Positions 37,543-50,234 of a stretch of DNA of 64,000 nucleotides are shown piece after piece. Source of the DNA: Cladosporium halotolerans (Eukaryota). Both the position numbers and the translations under genes were made by a program. The notes under the pieces were generated by a model. It saw only the letters and a program-made list of their open reading frames with translations. It ran no database searches and was not told the origin of the DNA. The stretch spans positions 124,001 to 188,000 of the forward strand of contig NW_027191452.1 in NCBI RefSeq assembly GCF_011745625.1, read 5' to 3'. Every line of letters begins with the position of its first letter. The first letter of the stretch is position 1.

Positions 37543-38582
37543 GCAGGCCGTCTGATCTTCGCATCGTGCAAACTTTGGGTGGCGTTCAAATGGCTTTCAG
37601 AGATCATCCTCCTCCGCATCAACAGTGCGCTTCGGAGTAGCCAGGGGATTAAGGCGTTGTCGGTGTTGCAGGCTACCAAAGGAAGTCGGAGCGGTCGAGC
37701 TCCTGTGTTTTTTTCTTTCTTTTCCTTTAAAGTTTTACTTTCCGAGGGGATCGGACGATGTCACGGACGCCCGTCTCGCTTTTTGCTTTCCTGCTCCCTG
37801 CTTTTCCTTTTTGTGGGCTTGTCTGCTCGAACGCGGAGTTGGCCTTGCTGGGATTCTCACGTAGTAGTTAGTAGTGGAGACGCCACGCCTGCCCAGGCGC
37901 AACTGTCTCTACGGTCGCTAATGTTGCCAACAATACTATTTTGCCTATTCCTGTCCTGAGTATCCATCGTGCTTGGCTCTTTCACATGTTCCATTGACAG
38001 TCAGTATACGCCGCCTTCCTCCTCTCGTGTATCGGGCGATGACGATGTGCTTCGTTTTGTGTGTGTCTCCGCCCCTCCGCCTCGTGTGAGTGAGCGCTGC
38101 AGGCTCGCGGTGCTGTGCTTTGTGATTGTCACTAATTCAGATCCGGGCACTGACGACCGAGTGGTGGTCTTTCCGTGGATACAACTCTCTAAATGATGAC
38201 TGTTGACTGATACAGATACGATAGTATGTAGCTAGCTCTGCGTGAAAAGAAAAGAAAAACACGAGTAACAACATCTGCTTCGTTCGAAAGGAGGAAAAAC
38301 ACGACACTACAGACAAGACTGCTCGCTCGCGCGGATCTCTCTCTCGAAAGGAGAAAAAAAAAAAGCAAAAACAGGAAAAAGCATATTGTGGCGAAAGAGT
38401 CGCCGGCAAGCGTAGGGTATCGTGTTTCCGCTCTTCTCGCGTTCCCCATCTCTCTCTCTCTCTCCCTCTCTCCCTGTCCGCGGCGGCGGCGCGCCTGTGT
38501 ACGCGCTTCCTGCCAATCCCACACGCATCATCTGACTCCCCATGCCTCCCCCACTCCCTCTCCAAGACCACACTACCTTCAC

Positions 38583-41500
38583 TCACTGCCTAAACCCCGG
38601 GTCCATGATCATAGCGTTCCACTCCGCGCCGCCGAACAAGTCCGAAATATTGATGTTCGAGAAGTTCCCTCCTCCTCCTTGCTGCTGCTGGCCGCCTGCT
38701 CCCGCTCCAGGATGGAAAGCCTGCTGCTGCTGCTGCTGCTGCGGCCAGCCGTTCGGCATCGAGCCCAGCGCGCCGTTCGGCGTCGGCGTCATCGGCATCC
38801 CGCCCCCTCCTCCTCCTCCTACGCCGGAGCCGAACCCCATGCCGTCCGCCGGGAAACTCGTGGGCGCGGGCCGCTGGGGGCCGCCGCGCGACTGCTCGAG
38901 GTAGGGCGGCAGGGCGAAGAACTGCGCTTCCATGTTGTCGTCTGCGGAGCGGCCTTGGCGGGAGGAGGGCGAGGTCGAGGGGTAGAGGTGCTGTTGGGGC
39001 TGGGGGTGCGGGGTGCCGTTGTTGGTGTTGGTGTTGTTGTCGAGGCCGAGGCCGGCGCCGTTGGGCAGGTTGGAGAGGTAGGGGTTGTTCTGCTTTGCGG
39101 CGGACTGCTGGTTGTTTTCGAAAGTGGTCAGGGGCTGGTTGGGGTAGAGGAAGGGCTCGTCGCCGCCGGAGGGGAACATCATGGCGGAGACGTCGGGGAT
39201 GGCCGGGTTGGCGAAGTTGGGGGGCAGGGGCATGGGCTGCTGCGCGGGGGTGTGCATGGCGTTGGAGGAGGTGGGCGGGAGGTCCTGGGGGAAGCCGGAG
39301 GTGTCGAGCGTGCCTGTGTTGGGCGTCGCGGGGCCGTATGGGGAGGAGATGGAGGTGCCGCTCCAGGGCGAGCCCATGAAGGAGTTGGGCTCGGACTTGA
39401 CGATGTGGCGGGGGAAGGTGCTCGAGCGTTGGACGAAGCCGGGGCCGGGGGGTTCTCGTGTGATCGCGGAAACGTCTGGATGGCTTTGAGCGGCGGAGGG
39501 GCGTTGTTGAGGGGCGACGGGTCTGTGATGGCGCTTTTTGCTTGGCTGTGGTTGGTGTTGTCCGTTGCGCATCCAGTCGTCGAGTCGCTCGAACACGATG
39601 TTCAGCGTTGCGGTGCATCGATCGGCAGCCATGCTGCGAGTGGCAAGCGACGCCAGTATTTCCTTGCCTTCGTAGGCATCTTTCAAGACGGCCTCCGTGG
39701 TCGGATTGTCTGGGTTCTCAGCAGCAAAGTAGACGAGCGAAAGAATCGAGAAGAAGGTGGTGTACATGGTGAACCAGAACGAGCCATTCAGCAAACCCTT
39801 GTGCTTCATCTGTGTGGTGATATGCACGATGTTACGCGAAACGTTGACATATGATGCGGCGCATGCGTACGCTCGCTGGTCAACGGGCTTTGAGCGCTTG
39901 TCTGCTGCTGTGAAGTGGAGGAACGGCCGATATAGCAGGACTTGAGCATGCGCATAGGCAAGCCGCAGTAGTTGTTGCACACGAAGATAGCGCTCTGGCG
40001 CATCGCAGGGGCTGAGAATTGCAGGTAGTGTCGTCTTCCAGTGTTCCAGATCAGACTCCAACTCTCTTATGCTTGAGAAAGGCACCGTGTACGATTTGTC
40101 AGTTTGTCCCTGTTGGCACTGGACTTTGATCGGATACACTTTGCGCACAATCTTTTGTAGTAGAAGAACCAGTCTCGTGTGCGCATTGAAAGCCGTCATC
40201 AGTGACACCTGGCCATCCGGCATCGGTAGAATGCCCTCATGTGTGATGTATTCGTCGTCAACTTCGGCTGGAAATTCCTGGTCGATGTCATCGTCGCTTA
40301 GGGTTTGTGGTAATCCGAGCATGGCTCCAACGTAGATATCCATCTTTCGAACCACCCAGAATACCCTCTTCCTGGTCTCAGCTTCAACGGGGTCCCAGTT
40401 GCCAGCGTAGGAGCGATGCAAACCCATCCGTAGGGCCGACCTCAAAGCAACACCAACGTAAGCATAACATTGTGAAAGCTTAGCGGAAGATTGCATGAAC
40501 AAGATCATGAAGATGACTGCCTGGACCGACGTAAGGTCGCGACAATCTGCAATGTCCATCATGTGGCGAGCGGATTTGAAATAGGCAAACCCTTGCTGAA
40601 TAGCGTTCTCGTATCCAACTTGGTTAAGATTACTGTGCTCATCTTTTCCAAAAAGGGTTCCAAGAGCCATAGCGCTGTAGAACAGAGGGAGAAATTGCTG
40701 GTCCTCGTTAGTCCAGTTGTCCGAAGGAGTGTTATAGATGTGCTCAAAAGAATTCCAGAAGGACGGCTTGTGAATGAATCTGAGAAGCGCAGCAGCATCC
40801 TCCACGGCATTGCTGCAGAATTGACGTGCTATGTCTTTGGGCGGCAATTCATTGCTAGGGCTATTTGGGTGCTCCGAAGGCGACTCCACGGTTGACCTTG
40901 GTGAGTCCAGAACGAGTGACTTTGGCCTCGATTTCACAAACGGGGTCGCGGGGGAGTCCGGGCCCATCAGATCGCCAAGCTGCTCCCTCATGCGGCGCAT
41001 GAAGCTGAGTCCGGAAGAGTGTCCATGGTAGTCCCAATGACCTTGCTCATCTACGTCCATCTGCGCAACGGCGCGCACCATAGATTCCAAGTTCGTGTCT
41101 GACTTGTTGTCGGCCCGTGGCGCGGGCGGTGGTCGTTGTGGTTGTTGTGTCGCACCGGTGGTGCCCATGGTTCCGGTAGCGGAGGGCCGGCCTTTGCCTG
41201 GCGCACCCGGGATCCATCCTTGCGCGACTGCGGCATCGATTCCAGGGTCGTTTAGGTCGAGATTCGGTATGAGGATGTGAAGCAATGTCTCTGCGCGGTG
41301 CACTCTGTGCTCGATATTCTCAACGTACTGTGGTGCGGGGTTTCGTCTTCGGTTCGAGGGCTGGTCATAAGTGCATTCTGTGACCGACCCGTGTCAGCTT
41401 GCGAACCCCTACCGCCCATTTGATTGTCGCATTTGTCCACTCACCATAACTGTAAACTGTGCAATGCGTGCAGGGCTGTTTGCCGTCACATTTGATTTTC

Positions 41501-41688
41501 TTCCTCCGACATTCGTCGCAAGCTCGAGTCACTCGTCGCCGCTTCTGCAGATGTGTGGACGCCTTGACGCCCTTGCCGGTGGCGTTGGGCGACGACTGTG
41601 AGTCCTCCAGCTTGGGCACAACATCGTCGTCACCAGACTCGACCTCACTGTGCCGGTCATCGTAATCCTCTGGGGATGCGTTGTCCAT
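38583..41688 (-). CDS. Zn2Cys6 transcription factor with fungal-specific TF domain (Asg1-like)
   Basis: [37 protein letters not shown]; intron 41378-41444; [21 protein letters not shown]; Gln/Pro/Gly-rich C-terminus with a CAG-encoded polyQ run. Confidence 0.92.
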
Positions 41689-43793
41689 GGTCAAATTGAG
41701 CAAAGACTTGAACTATGACGAATCCTACCCTATGCGCTGCTGAAAGGTCGATGACGCAGCGTCCACGAGAGTGCGCAGAATGGTGCAAGCTCAATGCATA
41801 GGGAGGGCAGACGGAATCGTCGTCTCTCGCAAAGCCTCGATGCGCGTGGTGACGGTGGTTGCGCAAGGGACTTTGTGGGAAAGAAGGATCGTGTTGTACA
41901 GGGCGCGCTCTCTGCCTGTTGCTTCGCGATGTCGCTCGGGGTTACAATTGAAAGTCCGTCAGCACAAAAGCCAAAGTGAAGGTCGCTTGGCGAACGCGGC
42001 AATGATAGGCAGGGCGACGATCACAGCCCAGAACAGATACGAGGCCTTCTGGCGGCGGGAGGGCCGGGGAGGTGAGTGGGCAAAAGTGGTACTTTGGGGG
42101 TTGCGCCGCGCGCAGTCGTGGCAGCAGAAAGTGGCAGAGAGGCTGAACCCCACAGGGCAAACAGACGCCAACCGGGTGGGCCTCGTCAGCCAAGCATCAT
42201 CGTAGCGCCGATGGTGGCTCAGGGCTCGGGGTGAGCGAGGCCTGCTAACCCCGAGCGCTTTCGCCGCACATACGGTATTTCTCAAGATCGTCGGGTCCCC
42301 TACGTCGGCAAGGATGGAAACTTATGCTTCTCCGCGGCTTCTGGAAGGCCACCACGCGGCTTACCTATTCCACAACTGTCGCGTGGTCTGCTTCGGCGAG
42401 CGCCCTTCGCCCAAGGAGATGCGCCGGAGACAACGAGTCGATGACCAAGACGGCCTCGCTTGCAGGGTGTCAAGCGACGTAAGGCCACTAGTGCCCACCG
42501 GGTATTCAAAGCGCCGACCCACCAAGGACGGCGGTTGGACCCTGGGACGCAGCGCCCAGGAGTCGAGAGGATGCGTGCAGCGACAAGATGGATACCAGCA
42601 CGGCCATGCGTTTGACCAGCCCCAGCCTCACTTGGCCGCAGCAGGAGCTCAAGGTAGGTAGATCTCAGGCGCAAGTGCAGACGGATCGCCTCCCCGCCCG
42701 CGACCGGCCAAGAGGTCGACCCCATAGGATCTGCCCGCCGCCGCGCCGTAGGGCAGAAGCTTGGCCTGTGGCCTACGTCAATCCCATCAGCCACGGAACG
42801 CCGCACCGTCCGCACACTCCGCCCTGGCCGCCTTCGTTGGGCTGTGGATGAACGCTAAGCCAGCAGAAGAGAGGCACTTTCGCTGTGTGGTACTGTCGCA
42901 ACTAACGTTCGTGGCGGCCTCAATAAAGCTTGTCTGAGAATCTGCGCAAGGCTACCAGAACATACGTACGCAAGGTGCCATCAGCCCTAATAGCGCAAAG
43001 ACAATTTCGTGCGCGAGTGGAGGCCTCCAGTCAAAGTGGTCTGGTTGGGATCACGCTCGAAGGAAGGCGGTCGCCAAGCTGAATACTTTACCTCATCAAA
43101 GCGCAAGAACAAGCGACTCTCGCTTCGAGGAAGCACCATCCTTGCAGCAAAATTCGGCTGCCAAGACGTGAAGTCGCCAACAGCGCTTTCGCAACCAGCA
43201 ACATGTTTCTTCGCGCGCGTTGCGCTTTCTCAGCGGACTTCACCAACTTCCACGTGGCGTCCCCAACCCCATCTATGAATAGCGCAAGCACTACATCGAT
43301 TTGACTCGCGAAGGTCCAGCCGGTCACCTCGCGCCGTCGCTTATCAGGCCGCGAGGCCCCTCCGCCGGAAGGAAACCTTGTCGGCACATGGGCGATTTGG
43401 CAATTGAATTCGGCAGAGGGCGTGACAAAAACGCTCCTCGGCCGCTACGCGCTTTGGCTAATTAGGCCGTTCCGTGGTAGGAAAGCGCTCGTGCTCCGAC
43501 GTCCGACTTCCGGAATTCACTTACTCGCTCAGCGGCGGATAAGTGTTCTAGCAGCTACTACTGATGTACCGCAACAATTAGCCCGCACTAACGTGCGCTT
43601 CCCCTTGACAAAGCCACGCAGGCCGCGAGTGCGCAAAGCCACGCATTCATGCAATATCAATCTATCTTTAACGTGACGCCGACGGCGACATCGGCAGGCG
43701 GACTGACGCGTCTCATGCCCAAATCTCCGAACTGGCGCATACCATTGAACCCCCAACTCCAATACTGCGAAACACCGACACGAGACACCTCCA

Positions 43794-45692
43794 CTACGAC
43801 CAAAAGCCCGTCCCGTGCTCGATGTCCCTGACCTTGAACCCAGCCTCCCTCATCTCCCTCACAGCCTCCGGGCCCCGCGTCCCCACCTGCGTCGCCAGCC
43901 GCCACGGCACATCCATCATGTCGACCACGATCTCAATCACCTGCGGACCCTTCCCGTGCCCCACCGGGTCGCGCACGCGGTCCAGCGCCAGCACGGCGTC
44001 GAGCTCGACCTTCGTCGCGGCGCGGTGGAAGTTGCGCGCCGCCTGCTCGCGCGGCATGTTGAAGAAGGGCAGCAGGTGCTCGTAGGCGAAGGGCACGATG
44101 TCGTTGTAGCTCTGGCGCGCGCCGTGGATCACGCGCTCGATCGTGTAGCCCGCGTTGTTGACGACGAAGATCAGCGGGCTCAGGTTCTGCTTCACCATGT
44201 TCCCGATCTCCTGCGCCGTCAGCATCATGCTGCCGTCGCCCGTGACGAGCAGCGTGCGGCCGCGCGGGCGTGCGCCGGCGGCGGAGAGGTCTTGCAGGGC
44301 GCATTCGGAGCCGAGAGCGGCGGGCGTGGCCCAGCCGATGCTGCCGTAGTAGGTTTGCGTGATCCATTGGATGTTTTCGCAGGGGAAGTCGGAGTCTGGG
44401 ATGCCGAAGGCGGCGGTGCCGGTTTCGCCGAAGAGGACGTCGTGGGGTTGGAGGAAGGAGGCGAGGGTAGGCCAGAGGTAGGACTGGGTGACGGCCTTGG
44501 AAGAGGCGTCGTCTTCCTGCGGGCGAGGCGGGAGTTTGGGGATTGCCACGCTGGGGACCTTGGAGGAGTCGATTTTGGAGACGAGAGCCTGGAGCAGGTA
44601 CTTGATCGGCGTCGACTCGAAAGTCTTGCCTTTGATGGTCGTCGAGTTGGCGTCGAGGGAGATCGTGTTCTCCGGCAACACCTTTCGGGAGAAGCCACCA
44701 CTATTGGTATCAGAAGCCAGGCTGCCGACGACAAAGACGCAGTCCGAGGCTTCGATCGCAGCAGCAACACCGAGGCCCGAAACCATGCCGTTGTACACGC
44801 CAAGGTAGTTCGGGTTCGTCTCGTCTACGATGCCTTTGCCCATGTTGCTGGCGAAGATGGGACAAGAGAGCTTCGAGACGAGCTCCTTGAGTTCGGAAGT
44901 TCCATTGTGGCGATCGACAAGGCAGTCAACGAAGACTGCTGGATTCTTGGACGCATATAGGGTCGACAGGACTGCATCTGCGGCTGCTTCAACGGCCTTT
45001 GGATCCGTCGGTGGCGACAAATCCAACGCCTTGGTCAAACCCGCCGCCGGCACAGGAAGGTCAACAATGTCAATCGGGACGAAAATGTAAACAGGCCCCG
45101 ACTTGACATAGCACTCCCGCAGAACACGATCGATCTCCTCCGTGGCGCCCTTCTCAGACTGCAGCTCGGCAGCCGTCACTCTAAAATTGACGGAGGCCTT
45201 GTTGAAGACCTGGTGGTCGGGGCTCGGGCCAATGGAGTGGTGGATCATCATGCGGTTCTCCTGCATCTTCCGCGACGTCTGGCCGACGACGTGGATGATC
45301 CTCACCTGCTCCGTCATCGAGCCCGCGATGCCGTTCAGCGCAGACAGCTCGCCGACGCCATGGGTGGTGACGAGGCAGCCGGCGCCGTGCATGGTCCTGG
45401 CGTAGCCGTCGGCTGCGTACGCCGCGTTGAGCTCGTTCGTGTTGCCGGTCCATTCCAGCCCGTCGACGTTGTAGATGTGGTCGAGGAGCGTGAGGTTGAA
45501 GTCGCCGGGGACGCCGAAGATGCGGTTCACTCCGACTTGTTTGATGCGTGTCTAAGGTACGGCACAATGTCAGTTGGATGTCCCTTGCTGCCGGGAGTTG
45601 ACATCGTCGTCACTCACCCAAAGGTAAAGACCGAGCGGGACGGTATCGCCCACGCCGTTGGTCTGCGGTGCACCATTCGCCATTTTGGACAT
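43794..45692 (-). CDS. Thiamine-diphosphate-dependent pyruvate/2-oxo-acid decarboxylase (PDC/Aro10 family)
   Basis: IFGVPGDFNL, NELNAAYAADGYAR, GVGELSA, GDGS...NNAGYTIER TPP motif; intron 45552-45617. Confidence 0.93.
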
Positions 45693-46609
45693 CTAAATCC
45701 AATGAGATAGATACTAGTTTAGATGTGCTGTGCAGGGGAAGCTTGATGCTCGGTAGAGGCTAAAGTGGGTGTGCACAGGAATGGCGGGGCTTGTGACGCT
45801 CTTATGGTGTAAACGCGTAACGGTAGGGCGTGAACGTGAACATGCAACAACGAAGCGCGGAGGAAGTAAGACCTAATGCCGGGTAGCAGTCACGAAGCTT
45901 GGTAGGATAGGTCTGGATGAGCAATGCCATAACGTTAGAATGGGAAGCTCTCCTCACCTTTGGCGGGCTAGAGACAGACCGAGGTCCCGAGTGGTCAACA
46001 TTGATGAATGGCTTGCCCGCTTATCGGCGCTTTGAAGCGGGCGAGTTCTCTAACGGCAGCTCACAGCGAGGGCCTCCGCACCTGGACGTCACCTGGTGCC
46101 ATGCTGCCTTATCTACTAATAAACCTTAGTGGTGGTTTTAGTGATGGAATTCAAGCAACGCTAAGAAACAGAGAAGATCACTGCGTGTGTCAAACGATTG
46201 CATGGGACGACGGGAGGAGACAGTTGAGATTAAGATGCGAAAAGCATCAATGCTCTTGCTAGATACCTTATCGGCGATGACTTATTCGCATCCCTTCAGC
46301 TACCCGATATTGTCGACCTTTCCAACCTTCGAACGACGTGCAAACATGGACGCCGTCGTCCGTTCAGTCTAGTGATGGATGATTATTGCCGGAAGGAGCG
46401 AGCGCCTGCGCGGCAGCCTTCCAGTTATGCCGATGCAATTCCCCACGCATCTACACTCCAAACATCTCGTGGTGAACCTGGCAGTGCCCAAGGAACTGGT
46501 GCAGATCCAGAAAGGAGTGTGATCGAAATCCTCCGCGTTTCTTCCTGGCGTGACTCTTCTGCTCGTCCAAGGAATGTCGAGCCTTTTTCATCCAGCCCTC
46601 TTCCCTTTC

Positions 46610-48252
46610 TCAATCCTGCCAGTCCCAGACCGTCTTCAAGAACTGAACCATGTTCACCCGCTTGCCCTTCATCTCCTTCATCCAAGGATGCTCAAGCATG
46701 CGCCATGGCGTGGCGCGGCGGTCTGCTTGCTTCTCGAGACTGGGACCCAATGTCAGTAAGCAAGCAATGTGTCATGTCCTCAAATGTACTTACCAGCACT
46801 CAATGAAATACTTGAAATTCTCGCTCCACTTGATTCCCTCCGAAGGCTCGTCCTTGAGCTTCGGAATCGGCTGGCGGACAATGTACGTGAGCAGATCGAT
46901 GAGGCCAGCGCGCGGCTGCATCTCAGTGCCGTCGGCCGGGAACGGAAAGCGGTGCTGAGCGACTTCGAGAAGCGTGACGCCGAGAGACCAGACGTCTGAT
47001 GTAATTGTGTATGACTGGCCCGTGATGCGTTCAGGAGCCATGTAATAGGACGTGCCGATGAATGTGTTGGCGTCTCCCTTCGTGCCGAACTCGCCACTGA
47101 CGCCAAAATCGCACAATTTGACGTCGCCTGTGCGTGTAAGCAGGATGTTGCTGGGCTTGATGTCGCGGTGAATGATCCGATGCCCGTGGAGGTAGGTCAG
47201 GCCGTTGAGGACGCCCTCCGCCACTTTTCCAAGCACTTTCTCGCCTGTGCGGCCGCCGAGCTTCTTGACCTCACGGTAGATCGAGTCAAGACTGCCGCCT
47301 TCGCAGAACTCCATGCTGATGCCAATGCTGCCTTGAGTGTCGTCCATGTATGCGCCGTAATATTGGCAAATGTGAGTCGATGCGCATGATTTGTTGAAAG
47401 ATAGCTCGCGGACGATCTGCTTCTTTACGTCTGGGTTCGGGTCTGTCGTGATGATCTGTAAAGGAGTGCTCGTCAGCAATCTAATTCCCACTCGCTCAGA
47501 AACATGCTTCGAGAACTCACCTTCAGTGCAAAAACAGTCTTGCCGCCTTTCAGAATGCACCTTGTAACAGCTCCACCAGCTCCCTCTCCAAGACTTCCCA
47601 ATTCGACGATTCGTCCCTCTTTACTCGCAACCTTCCATCCAGCATCATCCAAATCCTCAACATCCAACGGTCTTCGCTTCTCGATTTCCAACTTCGCCAA
47701 GTCAGGCAATATCCCCTGCATACTGTCATCCCGCTCCATGCCAACGCCTCCCGAATGGGCCGAGCCACCGCTGTACAGCGAGCCAGCCGCTGAGCCAGGG
47801 TCGTTCGGGTTTCGTAGTATATCTGCGAAATTCAGCGCCGAATACGATGACGTGGTGGAGACGGAGCCGCCGTGAGTTGTACTTTGTCCGAAGCTGTTCG
47901 TCCTACTGTGTGCACTGTCGTCGCTGCTGCCCCCTGCGCTCGCAGAGAGACCCGTCCCTGGCATTTGCAACGGCGGTAACCTCCTCTTTGCTTGCGTATT
48001 GTTCTCCTGCGGGGTGTGCACGTTGCCCATGGGCGTGGCCAGGCTCAGCTTGGGTGGCTGCTGGCGGGGCGGAATTTGGAGGGGCGGCAGACCGGATGCG
48101 TTTTGGGACATTGGCGGTGCGGCGGCGCTGTTCACAGGGCGTGCATTGGGAGACGGCGGGATGGACAGGCCGAGTCGGGGCACTCGATTTGCTGAATGTG
48201 GGCGGTTGGAGCCCGGGATTGGAGGGCGGAGCAGAGGCGCTGGGGACGCCAT
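46610..48252 (-). CDS. MKK1: MAP kinase kinase of the cell-wall-integrity pathway (Mkk1/Mkk2)
   Basis: [14 protein letters not shown]-terminus; [41 protein letters not shown]; introns 47456-47520 and 46740-46793; ends TVWDWQD*. Confidence 0.95.
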
Positions 48253-48558
48253 GTCGACGCGGTCGGGAGGGGTTTGGGCCACGATAGGCAGTGGTGTGTC
48301 AAGGCCGTCGAAGAGGCGCGGAGCGACCTCTTGGACAGCCTGCTGGCGGTATGGGGACGCTGGTAGAGAGGTGGGAGGATCACGTGGGGGGATCTCGCTG
48401 ACTCGGCAGATGCAGGCTACTGTTGTTATGTATGGGCCCGGGACGGCACTGCGGCGTGACTGGTGATATGGTTGCAGAAGGGCGGGACAGAGTGCAGGCG
48501 CGGAAGGTGGTGTTGCTCTCGTGAGCTGCAGGCAACGGAGCGAGAGTGGGGCGTGGAG

Positions 48559-48580
48559 TTGGTGGTGGTGGTGGTGGTGA
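48559..48580. repeat. (GGT)n trinucleotide run in the MKK1 leader
   Basis: ttggtggtggtggtggtggtga read directly. Confidence 0.8.
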
Positions 48581-50234
48581 CACGTCAATCGCTGGGGAAA
48601 TTGAAGTTGTGGCTCGTTGGGTGCCTGGACCAGACGGAGGCTTTCTTTGTGTGTGAAGAAGGAGCCAAGAGGTCAAAAGATATGGCCGGCGAGCGGCCGG
48701 TGGGTGTTGCGGAGGACGATTCTGAGAGTTCCTTGTGATGACGGCCGACGGGCTGCGTAAGGCAGGGCAGGCTCGTGTCGGCGCGGCCAACCGGTGGCTT
48801 CGAGCTGCGTGGGGGCCGGCTGCCGGGGGATCGAGGAGAATCAGGCACCGAGGAGGCCGAGGACGGTGACCTGTCCAGCACACGCGGTTGTAACTCAAAT
48901 TCCAGCAGCGTCTTGTGTCGGCGGGAAGTGGTCTTGGTGGTATGGACCGGCACTGGATAGTACCTTAGGGGGTATGGGTGCGAGAAGAGGGCAACTACCA
49001 GGTGAGACGGCGGCAGTGACAGTGATGGCGGCGGCAGCAAAGAGGGGTTGCTCGAAAACGCTGCCCCGTTATTATTGTACGCGCGCTGCCTGTTGGTGAA
49101 TCGAGGCTCGCCTACGCTACGCCGACTGCCGCCTTTCAGCTGCACGGCGCCAATAACACCACCCGCAGGCGACGTGCTGGCCTGTCTGCTGAAACGCCGC
49201 CGTGCTGCCCGCGGCGCCTGCTCTCGCTCACATGCTGCGTTACCCACAGCCGCAGCCTCTATGCCCTCGCCACGACAAGACGGTGCTTAATATACCTGGC
49301 CGTGTCGCACGCGAAGCCCGCCCTTTTCGTTGCCTCGCAAACCCGACATGCCCTCGCTTGGGGAGTTGCCCGTCTTCACTTACGTACCGCGCGTTTCGTC
49401 TAAATCCTACGTACCGCGGACCCGTGGTCCACACGCGTGAGCCTGGCGTGCCTGGCTCCATCAGCCCAACGACACGCTCTCCTCTTGGCAGCACCAGCAG
49501 CATCGCCGTGATGACCGCCGTTCGCACTACGCTCCTCCACTTCCCTCCTCCCCCGCCAGTCGCATGCACACAGGGCTGAAATACCAGCACACCTTCGGCG
49601 CCGTCCTCGGCGGTGCCAGCCGCAGCCACACCCATTGGCTGTGCAGCTGCAGCCCTGACCGCATCATCCGCTCGCCAGCATCCTTGTCCACGCAACTCTT
49701 GCCAGCTGACTGGCGGTCTGTCAGGCATGCACATATATTGCCTTTGCGCCTCTGCCTGCACGACATTGCGCAAAGGTTTGCTGATCCGGAGCCTGCCGCT
49801 GGATTTGGCTTTGCAGAGTGCCTTGATGTGGCCGGGCGCACAAGATCGCAATTATCGAAGACGTTGGCCAACATCACGTCTGGGCGATCGCTCACTCAAG
49901 CTAGACCACAATTGAGAACATTTGCTGTTGCAGAGCCGTTTTGAGCAGCGACTATCTTAGCCTTCGCTCAAGGTTTGGACGCCTGGCTCCTGCGCATCAG
50001 CACCAGCATCTCCGCGAGGTCTGGACCTCGACATCCTCTTGATGACTCGGACGGGCATCCTCCACACACTCCGGTGATGCAGGTCCAAGCAATAGTCCAC
50101 ACATGCGGTACAACATCTCCTGACATTATTGCAAGCACTCGGGCGTTGTCGGAAACACATCGTTAATTCTCCGAATGATCGAGCACCACAGTAAGGTAGT
50201 ATTATCTTGCTCTACGCAGCACGCCACAATCACC

